A DNA stretch of 64,000 nt from Chiloscyllium plagiosum (Eukaryota). This document shows, one piece after another, positions 60,121 through 64,000 of the stretch. The stretch is from positions 52,906,745 through 52,970,744 of the forward strand of contig NC_057719.1 in assembly GCF_004010195.1 (NCBI RefSeq), read 5' to 3'. The notes below the pieces were generated by a model, which made no database searches, had not been told where the DNA came from, and worked only from the letters and a program-made list of their open reading frames with translations. The first letter of the stretch is position 1; each line of letters starts with the position of its first letter. Both the position numbers and the translations under genes were made by a program.

Positions 60121-60527
60121 AAATTTACTCAGGATGAATTAGATTCTGGTCATCTCTCATTGGCAGCATTCCAACTCCGAGACATCAAATCTGGACTTGT
60201 GTTTCAGTTAAATTTCTGAACAGTAACAAGTGTCAATTTCACAGAAAATGCTTGTAATGCTATTTCAGGCAGAGAGGCTACCAAACATCATCATTCAATC
60301 AAGAACTTTTGGGAGGTTTGAGACAAAAATTGTGAAAGTCATCTGACCTTGGATGCCATCTTAAACAATTTTGTCACTGTTTCTTTTAAAAGCAAAAGAC
60401 AGTTCCCGAAATTTCCATGTGAACCCAAACCATACTTAAAGTTATAAATAGGAAATGAATTCATTTGACATGATAAGTTGTCCAACGTTACACTGTATTG
60501 CTGTACAGTTTGAATTATTGCTAGTTA

Positions 60528-60530
<3 letters not shown>

Positions 60531-60558
<28 letters not shown>
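60531..60558. repeat. (GA)14 microsatellite
   Basis: Perfect dinucleotide run. Confidence 0.97.
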
Positions 60559-60562
<4 letters not shown>

Positions 60563-62477
60563 GTGCTTATGTGCTTCTGAATACTCACTCAAGATAAAAG
60601 AGCCCTTGGTTTGGCTAAGATGGAATCTTGTGCTGCAAAAATTGTTTAGCCTATGGTTGAATTTGATTTTGAATGAGTTTGTGTTACTTGCATCTTATAG
60701 TAAATAATATAGTAAAATACAATCAAAAGCTTCAACCATTGCCACAGTCCAGGACCATTTCTGAATAACTTAAGAATAAAAGGAGGAAAAAATATCACTG
60801 AAAGATGATCTATCTTCATTGCACTATCTCCACCATGAATCCTGAGCAGGCTCACCAGTGATATCTGGGTCTCTACCCCTTGTCCACTGCCTCACTGCCA
60901 TCTGTGCTGGGACCCACTATGATAGGAGTCGCCACTCCTTAGATGCCATCTCTTTCCCGCTGGGCCCACCTGGCCAACACCATCAGAGTCTGCTACCTCT
61001 GACCGCTAGGGGACCTGCCACCACTCCACGCATGGCCCGCTCTAGCAGCCTTGCCTATGAAGAAAAGAGAAATGAAAGAAAAGAAAACAAAAGGACAAGA
61101 GCAGAATTAAAAAGGGTAAAAAAATGAAAGCGGATGGGAGCAGATTTGTCTCAGGCAAGAGCTCGCACACAGCCCTGGTATCCTGTCACCATCTTGGTTG
61201 ACAGAAGACATAATTTTAGGAAAGGATGCCTATTCAGTGTTTTGAAAAGTGTACTTTATGTCCACTTGGAGCTACCATAAACATTTATACCAGCAGAGGG
61301 AGTCAACTAGAATTTACAGAAGAAAGTTAATAAAAGATCATTGACATTTCGAGTCCAGTGACTATTATCACTTGAACGTTAACTCAGCAGCATTTATGGG
61401 AAGAAAGCAGTTTTTCATGCAATTTCTGTTTCAGATCTCCAGCATTTTCAGCTCTTTATTTAATTTAATATAAGAAAACTATTGTTAATTATTCAATATT
61501 AGTACTCTGTGTTTTATATTCCAGGAATTTCACAAAGGAGTTGAAGTTTATGCTAGAAATGGTCATCCAGAGGATCATTAAGGAGATGATTCCCTCATTA
61601 ATTCCTGTGTACTCTTATTTCCCTTGCAGACCAATGGTGTTTCCTTGCAAAACGTTGATGACCAAGTGTTTTCGTTTTGCTGCTGATTCATGCAATTAGT
61701 CAAATTATATAGAGCAGCACAACACGCATTCACTTAGATGCAGTCTTCAGATAATAAATGTTGATAACAGGGTGCGTGAAGTTTTGAAACTATTGACTAA
61801 AGTTTCCTAATGGGCTTAAAAATGCCCTAATCAGACCTTTAGCAATTAGTGAACAGTAACAGGTTAAATAGCTTTAGGTAGTGCTTGAAATCCTAAGCAA
61901 TATCTAGTTTACTCTAAAACAGCTTTTTGCATTTAGGAGAAACTGTTAGGTCAAGCATTAGTCAGTAACATATTGTGCTGACTTAAATGAGCACACAGGC
62001 AATTGAAGAGGCAATCAACTGCTTAATGAACCTCTGATGACCACTTCTCGCAGAAAGTTCAACACCTTTGTGGAATTCTTGGAACATTAAACAACCAGAG
62101 ACAGCCAGAATTTTAATTGCGAAAGCAACAATGGCTTCCTGTTATTAAAATGCTTCTGTAAACCCCAGCTGACTCCCTCTACTGGTACAAATACATATGC
62201 TAGCTTCGAGTAAACAATATGTTCATTAGACTTTTTAACAAACTGTACTCTACATCCTTCACTAATGTGATGTCTTGCATTAACGATATGGCTAAATTAG
62301 CATTCAAGACTCCATTTTGGCCTAAACAAGACACTTTAATTCCTGAACGAGCCGTTGAAAATCATCTTTTTCACAAATGAGCTACAAATATGAAATTGGC
62401 TCATGTCAAACATTCATCCACACTACTACCAGAGTTGACAAGGAGGGAACTGTATATATTTGGGTAGGTTACAGATA

Positions 62478-63238
62478 GAGTACTGTGTGCAGTTCTGGAA
62501 TCCACATTATAGCAGCAATGTGATTGTCCTGGAGAGGGTGCAGAGGAGGTTTACCAGGATATTGACTGGACTGGAGAGCTTTAGTTAAAAAGAGGGATTT
62601 GATAGATTGGGGTTGTTTTCCTTGGAACAGAGGAAACTGTGAGGGAACATAACTGAGTTATAAAGAAAGGCTGGGTGGGCTGGCACTTTTTATTACTGGA
62701 GCACAGAATGTTGAGAGATGACCTTATAGAAGTTTATAAAATAATGACAGGTATAGATGGAGTTAATGGTAGTTGTCTTTTCCCTAGGATGGGGATTTGA
62801 AGGCTAGGGGGCACATTTTTAAGGTGGGAGGAGAAAGGTTTAAAAATGCATGAAGGTATTTCGTGTATGGAATGAAGTTTCTGAGGAAGTGGTGGATGTG
62901 GGTCCAACATTTAAAAGACATTTGGATAAGTACATAAATACAAAAGGTTTGAAGGGTATGGGCCAGGAGCAGGAAGGTGGGACTAATATAGTTGGGATTA
63001 TGTTCGGCATGGACTGGTTGGACCAAAGTGTCTTTTTCACTCCGAGTGGTAGAAATCTGCAACTCATTGTCTCCAAATGTAGTAAAGGTGAGCTCTCTCA
63101 TAGCATTTAAGAAGCATTTAGACGTAGAACTGCATTGCCAAAGTGTGTAAGGTTATGAGCTAAGTGCTGGACAAATGGCATCAGAATATTTAGATGGACC
63201 TAACGCTTTTTTTAACGCTGTTAAACCTCTATGACTCT
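62478..63238 (+). mobile_element. Two nested CR1-like fragments
   Basis: EYCVQFWNP...LERVQRRFTRI at 62478-62660. A HER1-type piece at about 62670-63030 (VWNEVSEEVVDVG). The older element then resumes to CTCTATGACTCT. Confidence 0.82.
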
Positions 63239-63794
63239 TAGAATCTGGAGAGTAACTGAGCAATTATAGTACAATGATGTGATATCATAGCAAAGTTAAA
63301 AGTCTAAATTGCTTTATGCAAACAACTAATTTATTCTAAGTACAGTGTATTTTGTTTGGTAAAGAAATGGAACAGAAACTGAACCATGAAGCGGTGAGCT
63401 ACCAAAAACAAGGGACAGATAAATTACCCATTAATTTATTTTTAATGGTATTGTTTAAGAAAGGAATATTGCCTAAGGCACTGGAAGAATGCCTTACTCT
63501 TAATTGAATGGTGATGAGATCATTAGAGCTTATTTAAACCAGGTAGGCAAGACCTCAGTTTTACATCTCACCCAAGAGGCAATACTTTTGAGAGTCTAGT
63601 GTTGCCTTAGCAGCTCTCTGTGCTGTCAGCATCTTCATAGAGTGCGGCTCAAAGCCATTATCCTCTGACTGAATGCCAAGATTGTTCGAGGTTGATGTAC
63701 ACTGAAGCTGGTTCATATTGCACAAGTGGGATCTGAGCTTCCAGTTATCAGAGCTTTAGCAGCAGGTACCAATCTCAGAGTAAACTTAAATAAA

Positions 63795-63945
63795 ACAAAA
63801 AAAACCTGCGGAAACTGGATATCTGAAACAAAAAGCAGAAATTGCCGGAGAAAGTCAACAGGTCTAGAAGCATCTGAGGGAAGAATGCAGAGTGAAGAGA
63901 ATTCAAAGTTAACATTTCGGGTCCGGTAACACTTCCTCAGAACTG
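63795..63945 (-). mobile_element. Family-2 PLE-derived hammerhead repeat
   Basis: Minus strand AGTT-CTGAGGA-AGTGTTACCGGACCC-GAAA-TG-TT-AACT. Confidence 0.8.
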
Positions 63946-64000
63946 CTTACCTCTTCCCCTGTCCCCACTTTGGCTTCAACATAAACACTACTTTTTTATG

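Noticed and set aside
61510..61700. Plus-strand acceptors at 61524 and 61629 with an open frame
   Set aside because: No convincing donor or homology; such sites are common in AT-rich DNA.

Overview
This is AT-rich, CpG-depleted vertebrate DNA. Its repeat repertoire (HE1/V-SINE, HER1/CR1-like LINEs, Deu-domain SINEs) points to a cartilaginous fish, probably a shark. I found no recognisable intact host gene, so the window reads as intergenic or deep-intronic. Nearly all meaningful ORFs in the track are decayed CR1 reverse-transcriptase fragments. Also present: a GIY-YIG Penelope-like element (PLE) 3' end, a decayed Gypsy-like gag-protease, two related solo LTRs, Myb/SANT-bearing Harbinger-like relics and a Tigger-like MITE. 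The most striking signal is about 18 insertions from four sequence-unrelated families that share one minimal hammerhead-ribozyme layout: stem I, CUGANGA, one extra nt, stem II, GAAA, a 2-nt linker making a palindromic ACGU/AGCU, UH, stem I'. The stems differ between families but stay paired. Several copies are 200-490 bp hairpin insertions with two opposed hammerheads, flanked by 10-15 bp target-site duplications (TSDs). One copy is physically attached to the PLE endonuclease ORF. Boundaries of old repeats are approximate, read by eye. No database search was run.
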